Origin: Kiritimatiellia bacterium
GTDB lineage: Bacteria; Verrucomicrobiota; Kiritimatiellia; UBA8416; JBFIFS01
Assembly (NCBI GenBank): GCA_041602695.1
Contig: JBFIFS010000006.1
Location: forward strand, 1 to 52,649
DNA: 52,649 nt
Direction: 5' to 3'
Shown: positions 20,401 to 27,617 of the stretch, in pieces
Position numbering within the stretch: the stretch's first letter is position 1
Layout: every line of letters begins with the position of its first letter
Notes under the pieces: model-generated
Databases searched by the model: none
What the model was told of the DNA's origin: nothing
What the model saw: only the letters and a program-made list of their open reading frames with translations
Made by a program: the position numbers and the translations under genes

Positions 20401-20922
20401 GGCAACAGGCAGCACGGGCTCCTCTTCAATCGCAGGTATTTCCGCAATGGGAAGCACTGGAGCCTCTTCAACGACCGGCAGTTCAGGCAATTCTTCAACC
20501 GGAGGCAACTCGCCCCCGAGTGCATCGTCGGCCATGCCTGTTACAGTTTCGCCTGCAGGCACATCTTCAGCTACAGGCAGCACTGGCGTGTCCTCGACAT
20601 CAATAGCGGGCAATTCCTCAACGACAGGCAGTTCCGGAACATCGCCTACTGGAAGAACAGCCTCGGCAGGCAGCGCAGGTAATTCGGCATCAGGTGTCGG
20701 TGCCGGCTCGTCTTCTACCACGGGAAGCTCCATTCCCGGGAGAGTCATCAGTTCAAGCCCGTCATCCACGGGAAGGTCATCGGTGGCGAGCGCTTCTTCT
20801 ACAACTAAATCCTCCGCAGCAACAGCTACGTCTTCATCCAAGCCCTGACTGAAAACTGATAAAGCGCATACAACAACCACAGGTAATGCTATAAGCGGAA
20901 TCAGGTATACCTTGCGCACCAT
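17452..20922 (-). CDS. Outer-membrane secretin (PilQ/GspD family, Amuc_1098-like) with long acidic Pro-rich N-terminal repeats and TPRs
   Basis: QIEIEARFVEV, LLSAPKVTT, GATVVLGG, IPFFGDIPVLGRLFRS and NLLIFVTARLVDP secretin motifs. Signal peptide at the N-terminus and a TPR-like segment around aa 350-540. Confidence 0.9.
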   Translation of the reverse strand: MVRKVYLIPLIALPVVVVCALSVFSQGLDEDVAVAAEDLVVEEALATDDLPVDDGLELMTLPGMELPVVEDEPAPTPDAELPALPAEAVLPVGDVPELPVVEELPAIDVEDTPVLPVAEDVPAGETVTGMADDALGGELPPVEELPELPVVEEAPVLPIAEIPAIEEEPVLPVAEIPVIEEAPVLPVAEIPVIEEAPVLPVAELPVIEEAPVLPVAEIPAVEPLPVLEPLPVLEPAPEVAPVPAVEPAPEVAPVPAVEPLPELEPIPGREPMPSIETIPGIDPAPGPAPALKVESAFAGSEAIIQSSVEEAMASGVEPVPNLATLEVDPRVAAVSAAVTQEAVRRKAYETHALQTLLEAEVAFQDELYEKALKLYEEARQYLGLRQELEPERQRIMRGLAASCYEQAKIFWHERTWDKAKNMAKASKRYGHPDGTKLLELIQEDEVRPPPPAPKPKVLSRRYSVNEVDDKGLLKTQGYTELEADVARRFILGKQYFQTEEYEKAQEVFESILKYDPHNVEAIRLLEKVARRLNDTGQMERETMRREMVADVINTWNPRDYGKNEQEYVRARGTSGDSDVTRTDSDKEREAIMKKLKTITIPEIDFRQANINDVIEFLQEQSIAFDKDEKSSRKGVNIILNLATPGAQAAPEAIAAPADPFAAAAEPAAAPGGASDVPLITFSARYISLLEALDIVTSVANLKHRIKGSVVMVVPIDDPEQEIVHRMYNVLSDISSKIDALAPAAPAATGGGGFGGGFGGDAGGANTIDATGLGTGDRADWKDFFAGFGVAWPRGSSITYMPAVGKIFVANTPDNLVLFERILDVFNVQPSQIEIEARFVEVQQTDLDSFGIEWMLTDDWEIKQRKGQGMIPGSQRQRVVMGANDGTGGFTKGNRFLSDLQQSAVLTVTGADDVMSVASVLTNPELSMIIHMLNQKGNTDLLSAPKVTTKSGQQATIKVVTEYIYPTDFEVTPITATSGGGAGTAAIVGGIVQPGGFQTREVGVLLEVLPEVSTEGQLINLTLTPQVVGEPEWRNYGSTYVDPDGNIQQLPMEQPFFKVRTVTTSLSIYNGATVVLGGMITEHRNDVDDRIPFFGDIPVLGRLFRSKYNHSSKRNLLIFVTARLVDPAGRELRSVESKIEALAGATGAGGPTATAAP
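20148..20219. repeat. Two tandem 36-bp repeats (APEVAPVPAVEP) in the secretin gene
   Basis: ggctc...ggggccacctctggtgcc occurs at 20148-20183 and 20184-20219. Confidence 0.85.
20276..20485. repeat. Five tandem imperfect 42-bp repeats (14-aa unit EIPVIEEAPVLPVA) in the secretin gene
   Basis: Units start at 20276, 20318, 20360, 20402 and 20444 (gcaacaggcagcactggagcctcttcaatcaccgg...). Confidence 0.9.
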
Positions 20923-20929
20923 AAAAAGC

Positions 20930-22021
20930 CTACTCCTCTACCTTGTCATCGCCACCGCCTGCGTCCCCTGCATCAGGAGGATCAGTAGTGCCGGCACTCT
21001 TGGACTCAATTTGAAACTCTTTATTATCTGAAAGGCGTTTTATTACAACAGTTCGAGAAGTTGTGTCAATTCTTAATACTTTATATTTGTTGCTCTCAAG
21101 TTCGAAAACGTCATCCTTGTGCACGAGAAACCTCTGACCCGTGCGCTCATATTTGATGGTCGCATTGAATTCGTCCCACTGTACCTTCTGCCCTTTCACC
21201 AGCACTATCGTCTTTTCTCCGGTCTTCAGCGACAGCTTGGACTGGTCGACAGTTCTCTTGATTGGCTTGAGCTGCTGGACAAAATTAGTCTCGAAATTAA
21301 CTACTGTGAAGCCTTCGACTTCGCCGCCCATCTTGACGAAATGTGTCTTTCCACCCGTGCGCGTGTTGAGCTGGAACATCTTTTTCCCGTCAGTCAGGAT
21401 GGAATGGGCCTTAAAAAGCAGGTTAAACGCTTCAGCCTCGATGTCATCCAGGACTATCCAGGCCTCGATTGAAGGCTTGTCGTTGGGATCCGTAGGATCA
21501 TGCCCCTTCCGATACTCAAGAAGATTGTCAAACCCGTCGTTATCCTTGTCCTGAGCAGCATCGTCCGGATCAAGCGGATCCAGACCAAACCGTTCCTCGT
21601 CCACATTGGGAATGCCGTCCTTGTCCTCATCAAAGTCAGCGGGCAGCTTTCCGTCATCAAGCTCCTGCTGGCAAGAGGCGCAGACACCATCTTCAATGGG
21701 ATTGGGGTACTTGCAGTGCTCGCAGGAGAACCTGCTCTCAGGCACAATGAGCCTTCTGGACCACGTCCCCGCCGGAATAATGTGAGGATTATCCAACCGG
21801 GACATGGCTAACTTGAACTCATCAGCCGAAACGCTTTGCGCATCCGGATGGTTCGGAACCAGGTTAACAATGTCCCTCTCCCAAGCGGCCTGCTGTGCCC
21901 GCACTATACCTATCTTGACGGCAAGATACAGCAGCGAAACGATCAGAACGGCAAGTATAACGACGGCGATGAGCCTGTCGTACGTTGCCTTCATCCAGGT
22001 TGTAAACTTCTCCATTGCCAT
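20930..22021 (-). CDS. Amuc_1099-like pilus-system protein (N-terminal TM, CxxC..CxxC zinc ribbon, TSP3-like Ca-binding repeats)
   Basis: TM helix near the N-terminus, CEHC-x10-CASC, DEDKDGIPNVDE and DKDNDGFDNLLEY repeats. Sits between the Amuc_1100-like gene and the secretin. Confidence 0.7.
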   Translation of the reverse strand: MAMEKFTTWMKATYDRLIAVVILAVLIVSLLYLAVKIGIVRAQQAAWERDIVNLVPNHPDAQSVSADEFKLAMSRLDNPHIIPAGTWSRRLIVPESRFSCEHCKYPNPIEDGVCASCQQELDDGKLPADFDEDKDGIPNVDEERFGLDPLDPDDAAQDKDNDGFDNLLEYRKGHDPTDPNDKPSIEAWIVLDDIEAEAFNLLFKAHSILTDGKKMFQLNTRTGGKTHFVKMGGEVEGFTVVNFETNFVQQLKPIKRTVDQSKLSLKTGEKTIVLVKGQKVQWDEFNATIKYERTGQRFLVHKDDVFELESNKYKVLRIDTTSRTVVIKRLSDNKEFQIESKSAGTTDPPDAGDAGGGDDKVEE

Positions 22022-22036
22022 TCGAAAGTAGCTCCG

Positions 22037-23092
22037 CTATTTGTACCTGTAGACTTCAAGCTCCAGATGGACTTGCGCCGGTTTCTCGACCTTTTCGCCA
22101 AACACAATTCGCTCCTCGCGGGAAGGCACGCGTTTGTACAAGGGCGCCTTCTCCTCTTCCTGCGTGGCCGCTCCTGAAGGGCTCACGTTCAAAAGCGCGC
22201 CAAGGGGGTCAAGCGCGGCATTGGTCCGGCCAACCGCTGCCCGCTTCGCGGGAACGGGCTTCTCTGATACAGGTTCCTGCGCCTCGATATCCACGCACGT
22301 TACAACTATAAACATTTCATTTTGCGCGAGCCTGTTCAGGATTTGTATAAGCTTGTCCTCGCGCGCGGCAAAATCAAAAGAAAATTTTATCTTTGTGTCT
22401 ATAGAGTCTTCGTCTTCAAACTCACCCGCGGCCGGGTTGGGCGCAGAAGGATCAATTGTTGAAGCGCGCCTCATGCTTACCGGCGCCGAGCCTTGAGCCG
22501 TGCGCCGCTTCGCCGGCCTCCCTCTCCTGCCCGGCGAATTGGCACTCGACCGCGCGCCCTCAAACTGCTCGCGCCGTACCGAGGAAATCTCAGAAACCTG
22601 CTCATCAATGAGAATTCCGCATATCTCATTTACGATCAGGAGCTGCTGAATCAGGCGAGGCACATAGTCCGGAGTAGCAGGCTCACCCTTTACGTAGCGG
22701 TCGAAACCGAAACCGAATTCCGAATCTATCTTTACCTTGGACAGTTTGGCGCGCTGCTGAAGCCCGTTCCTGATCTTGGCAAGTTCGTTAATGAAAACAG
22801 ATGGACTCCGCGTTTCGGCCGGGTCAACTTGATTGCGCTTGGCAACATCGACCATGTCACGCATCCACTCTTCCATGAGCTCAGAGTTCTTTGCGACGAT
22901 GGCAATGTTCTGGGCGGTCGGAAAAGGCTTCTTCTTGTAGAATGTATCCAGCTGATTTCGCGCATTTGCCAAGTCCTGCTCTGCGGTCCCGAACTGCCTG
23001 ATTCCCCGGAAAAGCATTACGGCCGCGAAAAGGAACAGCAACAGCAGCACAGATCCAACAGCAATCAAAACTATTTTCTTGTTAACGTTCAT
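22037..23092 (-). CDS. Amuc_1100-like pilus-system protein (PilO-like)
   Basis: N-terminal TM plus coiled coil, PFPT..N, FGFGFDRY and LIQILNRLAQNEMFIVV ferredoxin-like motifs. Follows pilM with a TGATG overlap. Confidence 0.72.
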   Translation of the reverse strand: MNVNKKIVLIAVGSVLLLLFLFAAVMLFRGIRQFGTAEQDLANARNQLDTFYKKKPFPTAQNIAIVAKNSELMEEWMRDMVDVAKRNQVDPAETRSPSVFINELAKIRNGLQQRAKLSKVKIDSEFGFGFDRYVKGEPATPDYVPRLIQQLLIVNEICGILIDEQVSEISSVRREQFEGARSSANSPGRRGRPAKRRTAQGSAPVSMRRASTIDPSAPNPAAGEFEDEDSIDTKIKFSFDFAAREDKLIQILNRLAQNEMFIVVTCVDIEAQEPVSEKPVPAKRAAVGRTNAALDPLGALLNVSPSGAATQEEEKAPLYKRVPSREERIVFGEKVEKPAQVHLELEVYRYK

Positions 23093-24750
23093 CAGCGGAT
23101 CCGGATAGGCTCTTTCAGGTTAAGCAGGATTGTGAACTCACGCGTGTGGGCACCGGTCTTCTGAACCGGCTGGTAAGTGATCTTCGTATCTTCCGTGAAA
23201 TTGTCTTTCTTGCTCAGCCGATCACTGAACTGCTCAATATGTGGAGTCGCCTCCTGCTCATCCTTCAGCTTGTCAGGAAACCCCCGGCCCATGATTTCTA
23301 TGTCTGTTATGAATTGACCGTCCGCGCTCATGGGCCTGATGGAGGTCAGCCACATACCGTCCTGCATGCACGTATGTATATCTTCCAGGATACGAACCCA
23401 TCTCGTCCTCTGTTCAACCAGCCCGGTGAGATAGGCAAAGTCCGCGGCTACCTCTTCCTCCTGCTTCTGGGCAGATTTCAGACGCCGCTGGTCAGACGTG
23501 AGCCTCTCAATACGTCCTGAAATGAAGTTTTGTCGCTTTTTGAATATCGACTTTGCCTGGGCAAAATAAGCCCACCAGCAGAAAAGAATCAGCACGAGGC
23601 CAACGGCTGAAACAGCAAAGAAGGGCTGCCTTCTCCTCAAGGTCTTCTTCGCCACCAGGTTCGGCGGCATGAGATTGATCTCCACCGGACACTGAAGAGA
23701 TCGACGTACGGCAAGACCAGCGACCTCCCCGAGCATATGCACATCCATACCTGCCTGCTCAGCGTCAATCCCTTCTCCCACCGCTATATTTACGAATGGA
23801 TTCAGGTATTCCACCTGGATTTGGAGCTTCTCCCGGAAGAATGTGTCCGTATGAGGAATAATTGAAGAGCCACCGCACATGAGCACGAGCGATGGAGGGC
23901 TGCCCCCCTGCTGGCTTCTGTAGAAGTTAATAGACCTGTTAACCTCCGCGTGCAAACGCGTTATAACATTTCTAACTATCTTGGATACGCGATCTGCTAT
24001 TTCGCTGTCCGGCCCGGCGTAAACTCCGCCAAAGGCCACGAAACCATGCTCCTTCTTCAGGGCCTCGGCGTCCTCAAAGGACACCTCAAACTCCTTCATC
24101 AGCTCCTGTGTGATCGCATTTCCCGCTACAGGCATGCTCCTGCTGAAGATACGCTGGCCTTCTATAAAGATGAGGTTGGATGACCTCGACCCAATATCGA
24201 GAACCATCGTGCATCCCTCAAGGTCCGGATAGTTAAAGCGGACCAGGTTGTAGAGCGCCATTGGTGCAACATCCACTATTTCAGGCTCGAGTTCCGCGGC
24301 GACGACGCAGTCAGTCAGTCGAACGACCGTGTCCGTCTTGACCGCCACGAGCATTACATTGGTGTCATCCGATTCGGGGTCCTCAATAAGCTGATAATCC
24401 CAGACGACCTCATCGATTGGAAAAGGAACGTTCTGCTCGGCTTCGTACTGAACGATCTGGAAAACCTTGTCGCTGTCCACCGGGGGAAGTTTAACGAACC
24501 GCGGAAAGACTGCCTGCCCGGATACAGACATGATCAGGGGGGCCTTCTTGATCCCGTGCTCGCGCATGATGTCACGCACGGTAGAGACTATATAAGCGGA
24601 GAGGTCCGTCTCATTCTCTACATCAGCCCCGAAGTAGCCGATACCGTAGTTGATCAGCTCAGGCACCTGGCCGGGCACAGCCGAAAACTCACCAAGCACG
24701 AGCTTGCTCGCGCCGATGTCCAGGGCCAGGATACGCTTGTTCTTTGCCAC
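23092..24750 (-). CDS. pilM: Type IV pilus assembly PilM fused to a PilN-like TM/periplasmic part (Amuc_1101-like)
   Basis: LALDIGAS, EAEQNVPFPIDEVVWDY, LDIGSRSS and CGGSS actin-like motifs, then INLMP, a TM helix, a coiled coil and GMWLTSI (PilN-like). Confidence 0.88.
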   Translation of the reverse strand: MAKNKRILALDIGASKLVLGEFSAVPGQVPELINYGIGYFGADVENETDLSAYIVSTVRDIMREHGIKKAPLIMSVSGQAVFPRFVKLPPVDSDKVFQIVQYEAEQNVPFPIDEVVWDYQLIEDPESDDTNVMLVAVKTDTVVRLTDCVVAAELEPEIVDVAPMALYNLVRFNYPDLEGCTMVLDIGSRSSNLIFIEGQRIFSRSMPVAGNAITQELMKEFEVSFEDAEALKKEHGFVAFGGVYAGPDSEIADRVSKIVRNVITRLHAEVNRSINFYRSQQGGSPPSLVLMCGGSSIIPHTDTFFREKLQIQVEYLNPFVNIAVGEGIDAEQAGMDVHMLGEVAGLAVRRSLQCPVEINLMPPNLVAKKTLRRRQPFFAVSAVGLVLILFCWWAYFAQAKSIFKKRQNFISGRIERLTSDQRRLKSAQKQEEEVAADFAYLTGLVEQRTRWVRILEDIHTCMQDGMWLTSIRPMSADGQFITDIEIMGRGFPDKLKDEQEATPHIEQFSDRLSKKDNFTEDTKITYQPVQKTGAHTREFTILLNLKEPIRIR

Positions 24751-25388
24751 TACTTAATCACTCCATAATCATCAACATTGATGAAAGCGAAAGGCGTCTG
24801 GCTGCGGTCCAGGAGATAACCGTCCCTGACAGTAACAGCGGGACTCTCCACGATAGCGGGGTTTTTCCACCATTTCTCCGGCGTCTTCGGCGTGGCCTTC
24901 CACTCAGAATGCTCCGCCGCCGGCTGGCCGTTCACAGAAACTTCGACTGCGGCAGCGACGATTTCACCATACCGCTTGATTGTGTTAGGCCTCAGGTAGG
25001 CGGTACTCATATGCCCGCGGGCCTGCGGCACATCTATATACTTGATGGTCTTCCGATACAGGCTGTAAGCATCCTTGCCGTTAACCTTTTTCTGCGCCAG
25101 AACATGATAAGTAAAAACTACCTCATCAATCCATTCGTGTGCAGTTTCATACTGAACCCAGAACTGGTACCAGTCCTGCTCACGTGTCGGGCTTTTACTC
25201 ACGCTGGTGGTGTAGGCCGGCGTCTTTACCATGGTCTGCCGACCGGTGCCGACGATCTTCTTGATACGCAGCTGTTTGCTCCAGTCAACTTGCTGCGATG
25301 AAGGACCAGGCTGCTGCGCGTCCGCAGTTACATAAAGCGCAAATAAGGAAAGTGCAGCAAATGTTCTGAGCAGATAAGAACCGTTCAC
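24750..25388 (-). CDS. Secreted Amuc_1102-like pilus-system protein
   Basis: Signal peptide ending ADA, VKTPAY, WIDEVVFTYHVL, YLRPNTIKRYG and LLDRSQTPFA motifs. First gene of the cluster, with a TAGTG overlap into pilM. Confidence 0.7.
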   Translation of the reverse strand: MNGSYLLRTFAALSLFALYVTADAQQPGPSSQQVDWSKQLRIKKIVGTGRQTMVKTPAYTTSVSKSPTREQDWYQFWVQYETAHEWIDEVVFTYHVLAQKKVNGKDAYSLYRKTIKYIDVPQARGHMSTAYLRPNTIKRYGEIVAAAVEVSVNGQPAAEHSEWKATPKTPEKWWKNPAIVESPAVTVRDGYLLDRSQTPFAFINVDDYGVIK

Positions 25389-25414
25389 CTTATATAACCC
25401 CTTTCAGTAGAAGC

Positions 25415-25430
25415 TGTCATGATTATGACG
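25415..25430. promoter_or_regulatory. Palindromic operator candidate TGTCA-N6-TGACG (CRP/FNR-family geometry) upstream of the pilus operon
   Basis: TGTCATGATTATGACG, 27 bp upstream of the GTG start. It lies downstream of a possible minus-strand TTGATT-N16-TATATT promoter. Confidence 0.4.
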
Positions 25431-25514
25431 CAACCGCGATTGACAATATAGGAGAACTGGACGGCAAATCAAAACAAAAGTTTAAGAATCTGCCAAAAGG
25501 CCTTCATTAAGTAA

Positions 25515-25534
25515 GCGCATCCCGCCTGATGCGC
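25515..25534 (-). terminator. Hairpin, possible intrinsic terminator after the cNMP-binding gene
   Basis: GCGCATC-N6-GATGCGC 7-bp stem followed on the minus strand by TTACTT (weak U tract). Confidence 0.45.
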
Positions 25535-25607
25535 GGTCTACGGCTGGCTGTGCCAGTGTGAGAAGGGCCTGCTGCCTAACCTTGCCAGGATGCAGCTCTG
25601 CCGCAAA

Positions 25608-26360
25608 CTAAGCGAGGCCGGCCCTCTTGAGGCTTTGGAGCCCGCCGCGCAAGACACCGGCATTGTAGCCCATCTGCTTCAGCACGAAAGCGCCCGACGA
25701 ACTGATGCGTCCATTGTCGCAATAACAGATGTAAAGCTTGTCCTTTTCCAGCTTTTCTCCGGCCAGCGCGCGCACTTCGTCGATTGGAATGTCAATTGCC
25801 CCTGGAAGATGCTGCTGCGCCGCTGCCTCATCCCGTAAATCAAGCCACCTGGCCCCGCCAGCTATCTCCTTCTGCGCCTGGGCAGCCGAGTACCAATCGA
25901 GTATAGGCTCCTTAACATGATCGCTAAAAGCGTCTTTGGAAAACCTCATGACAACACCATCGGTCTTCATCATGATCGTAGCATTACGCTTGGCGTTGGA
26001 AATAAGCGCCTCTTCCCCGAAGCCCTTTGGCTCATCGAATTCAGCCACCACTTTCGGCTCAGTATCCCCATCCCCCCTCCGGAGAACTTCCACGGCCCCC
26101 TCAACAACCAGGTAGTAATAATCCCCTTCGTCCCCCTGCTTTATGATGGCGTCCCCCGCGCTGACCTGGACCGTCTCCATCCGGCGCAGCATCTCCTCGA
26201 GGTTTTCGTGAGGCAGCTCCTTGAAAAGATCGCTCTGCTGGATCTTTCCGATTAGCATCTCCCTCTTTTCCGTCGACAGGGCATCCCTGCCCGACCCCTT
26301 CTGCTTTGCCGGCTGCTTGCCGCCCCCGAACATTGACTTAAGACTGTTTATCAAACTCAT
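25608..26360 (-). CDS. Cyclic-nucleotide-binding domain protein with a C-terminal rhodanese domain
   Basis: IIKQGDEGDYYYLVVEG and phosphate-binding cassette GFGEEAL-x5-RNAT. Rhodanese WLDLR...HLPGAIDIP...CYCDNG. ATG 26360 has a GAGGT SD. Confidence 0.85.
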   Translation of the reverse strand: MSLINSLKSMFGGGKQPAKQKGSGRDALSTEKREMLIGKIQQSDLFKELPHENLEEMLRRMETVQVSAGDAIIKQGDEGDYYYLVVEGAVEVLRRGDGDTEPKVVAEFDEPKGFGEEALISNAKRNATIMMKTDGVVMRFSKDAFSDHVKEPILDWYSAAQAQKEIAGGARWLDLRDEAAAQQHLPGAIDIPIDEVRALAGEKLEKDKLYICYCDNGRISSSGAFVLKQMGYNAGVLRGGLQSLKRAGLA

Positions 26361-26480
26361 TTTGGCAACCTCGCGTTTTGTACAACCAATAGCAAAGGTT
26401 GCCCGTTCGACTCCAGAAAAAAGTGTTGACACAGAATGAGGGGCTTGAAATCCTGACCGAAGCTCCGCAACGGTGAATTT

Positions 26481-27617
26481 ATGAGTAGAATGCGCATTCA
26501 GGATATCGAGATCCGCGACGCTGATATCTTCGAAATCTTACTGGATAACTTTCCAGATATGATTCATTCCATCGACGACGATGGGAACATTGTCTACACG
26601 AACAAGACGGCATCCACTCTCCTTGGGTACTCCAGCGACGAACTTCTCCAGATGAACATCCGGGAGATTTACGCCGAGGAAGTTCTGATAGCGCTGGAAA
26701 AGGGATTCAGTGACCTTAAACAGAAGGGTGACAAAAACGTAGAAAGCCTCCTGAAGGCCAAGGACGGAACAAAGATCCCCGTTGAAATCAGGTCGTTCAG
26801 CATCTATGACGATGAAGGTAATTTTCTAAGGACCTTCTCCATCCTGCGAGACATAAGGGAGATAAAGGAGCTCCAGAACACGCTGGTCCACGCCGGCCGC
26901 CTGGCGGCAATCGGGGAACTTTCCTCAGGTGTGGCCCACGACATCAACAATCCCCTCACAGTCATCCTGCTTTCAAATGAAATGATGATAAGGGAGCTCG
27001 AGCGCGACCACTCCGACCCGGAAGCCATGGTGGAAAAAGTAATGGGGCACGCGCAAGACATTCACCGGGCATCGAAATCAATACAGAAACTGGCTGATCA
27101 TCTGAGGACGTTCTCCAGGGGCATGGCTGAACAATATGAGGTCATCGACCTTTACGACATCCTGGCGGACGCACTCTTCATTACGAACAATAAGATCACA
27201 AAGACCGGGTCGACGCTCCAGAACACCCTGAAGAAGGGAGAGCTGATAGCAAAGGGCATGCCGAACCAGATTGAGCAGGTGTTCGTAAACCTTATCGGAA
27301 ACGCATGCGATGCCATGGAGGGCGGAGACAAGAGAACTTTGACTATTGAAGCTGACTCCGCGGACTGGGACAACACGCCCTGCTGGCGCCTGGAGTTCAG
27401 GGATACGGGCCAGGGAATCCCTGCTGAGATTCGGGAAGACATTTTCCACTCATTTTTCACGACGAAAGAAAAAGGTAAAGGCACTGGTTTGGGCCTTTCC
27501 ATTTCACGCGGGATAATACGCGACCACAAAGGCGAGATCTACCTCGAGTCGGAGCCAGGCAAAGGCACGTCCTTTTTCGTCCTGCTCCCAAAAGACTCCC
27601 CAGACCCCTCCGGCTAA
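26481..27617 (+). CDS. Cytoplasmic PAS-domain sensor histidine kinase (NtrB/FleS-like)
   Basis: PAS domain (YTN..ASTLLGYSSDEL), H-box VAHDINNPL, N-box NLIGNACDAM, DTGQGI, FFTTK and GTGLGL. No TM segment. Confidence 0.92.
   Translation: MSRMRIQDIEIRDADIFEILLDNFPDMIHSIDDDGNIVYTNKTASTLLGYSSDELLQMNIREIYAEEVLIALEKGFSDLKQKGDKNVESLLKAKDGTKIPVEIRSFSIYDDEGNFLRTFSILRDIREIKELQNTLVHAGRLAAIGELSSGVAHDINNPLTVILLSNEMMIRELERDHSDPEAMVEKVMGHAQDIHRASKSIQKLADHLRTFSRGMAEQYEVIDLYDILADALFITNNKITKTGSTLQNTLKKGELIAKGMPNQIEQVFVNLIGNACDAMEGGDKRTLTIEADSADWDNTPCWRLEFRDTGQGIPAEIREDIFHSFFTTKEKGKGTGLGLSISRGIIRDHKGEIYLESEPGKGTSFFVLLPKDSPDPSG

Noticed and set aside
20148-20485. Tandem repeats as a CRISPR array
   Set aside because: Units are contiguous with no unique spacers, are multiples of 3 with synonymous variation inside a CDS, and no cas genes are present.
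25515-25534. REP-like element (GCCTGATGCGC)
   Set aside because: Single copy in the window; better explained as a simple hairpin or terminator.
26395-26420. GTTCGACTCC resembling a tRNA T-loop
   Set aside because: Flanks do not form a T-stem (GCCCG vs CCAGA), and no acceptor, D or anticodon arms are present.
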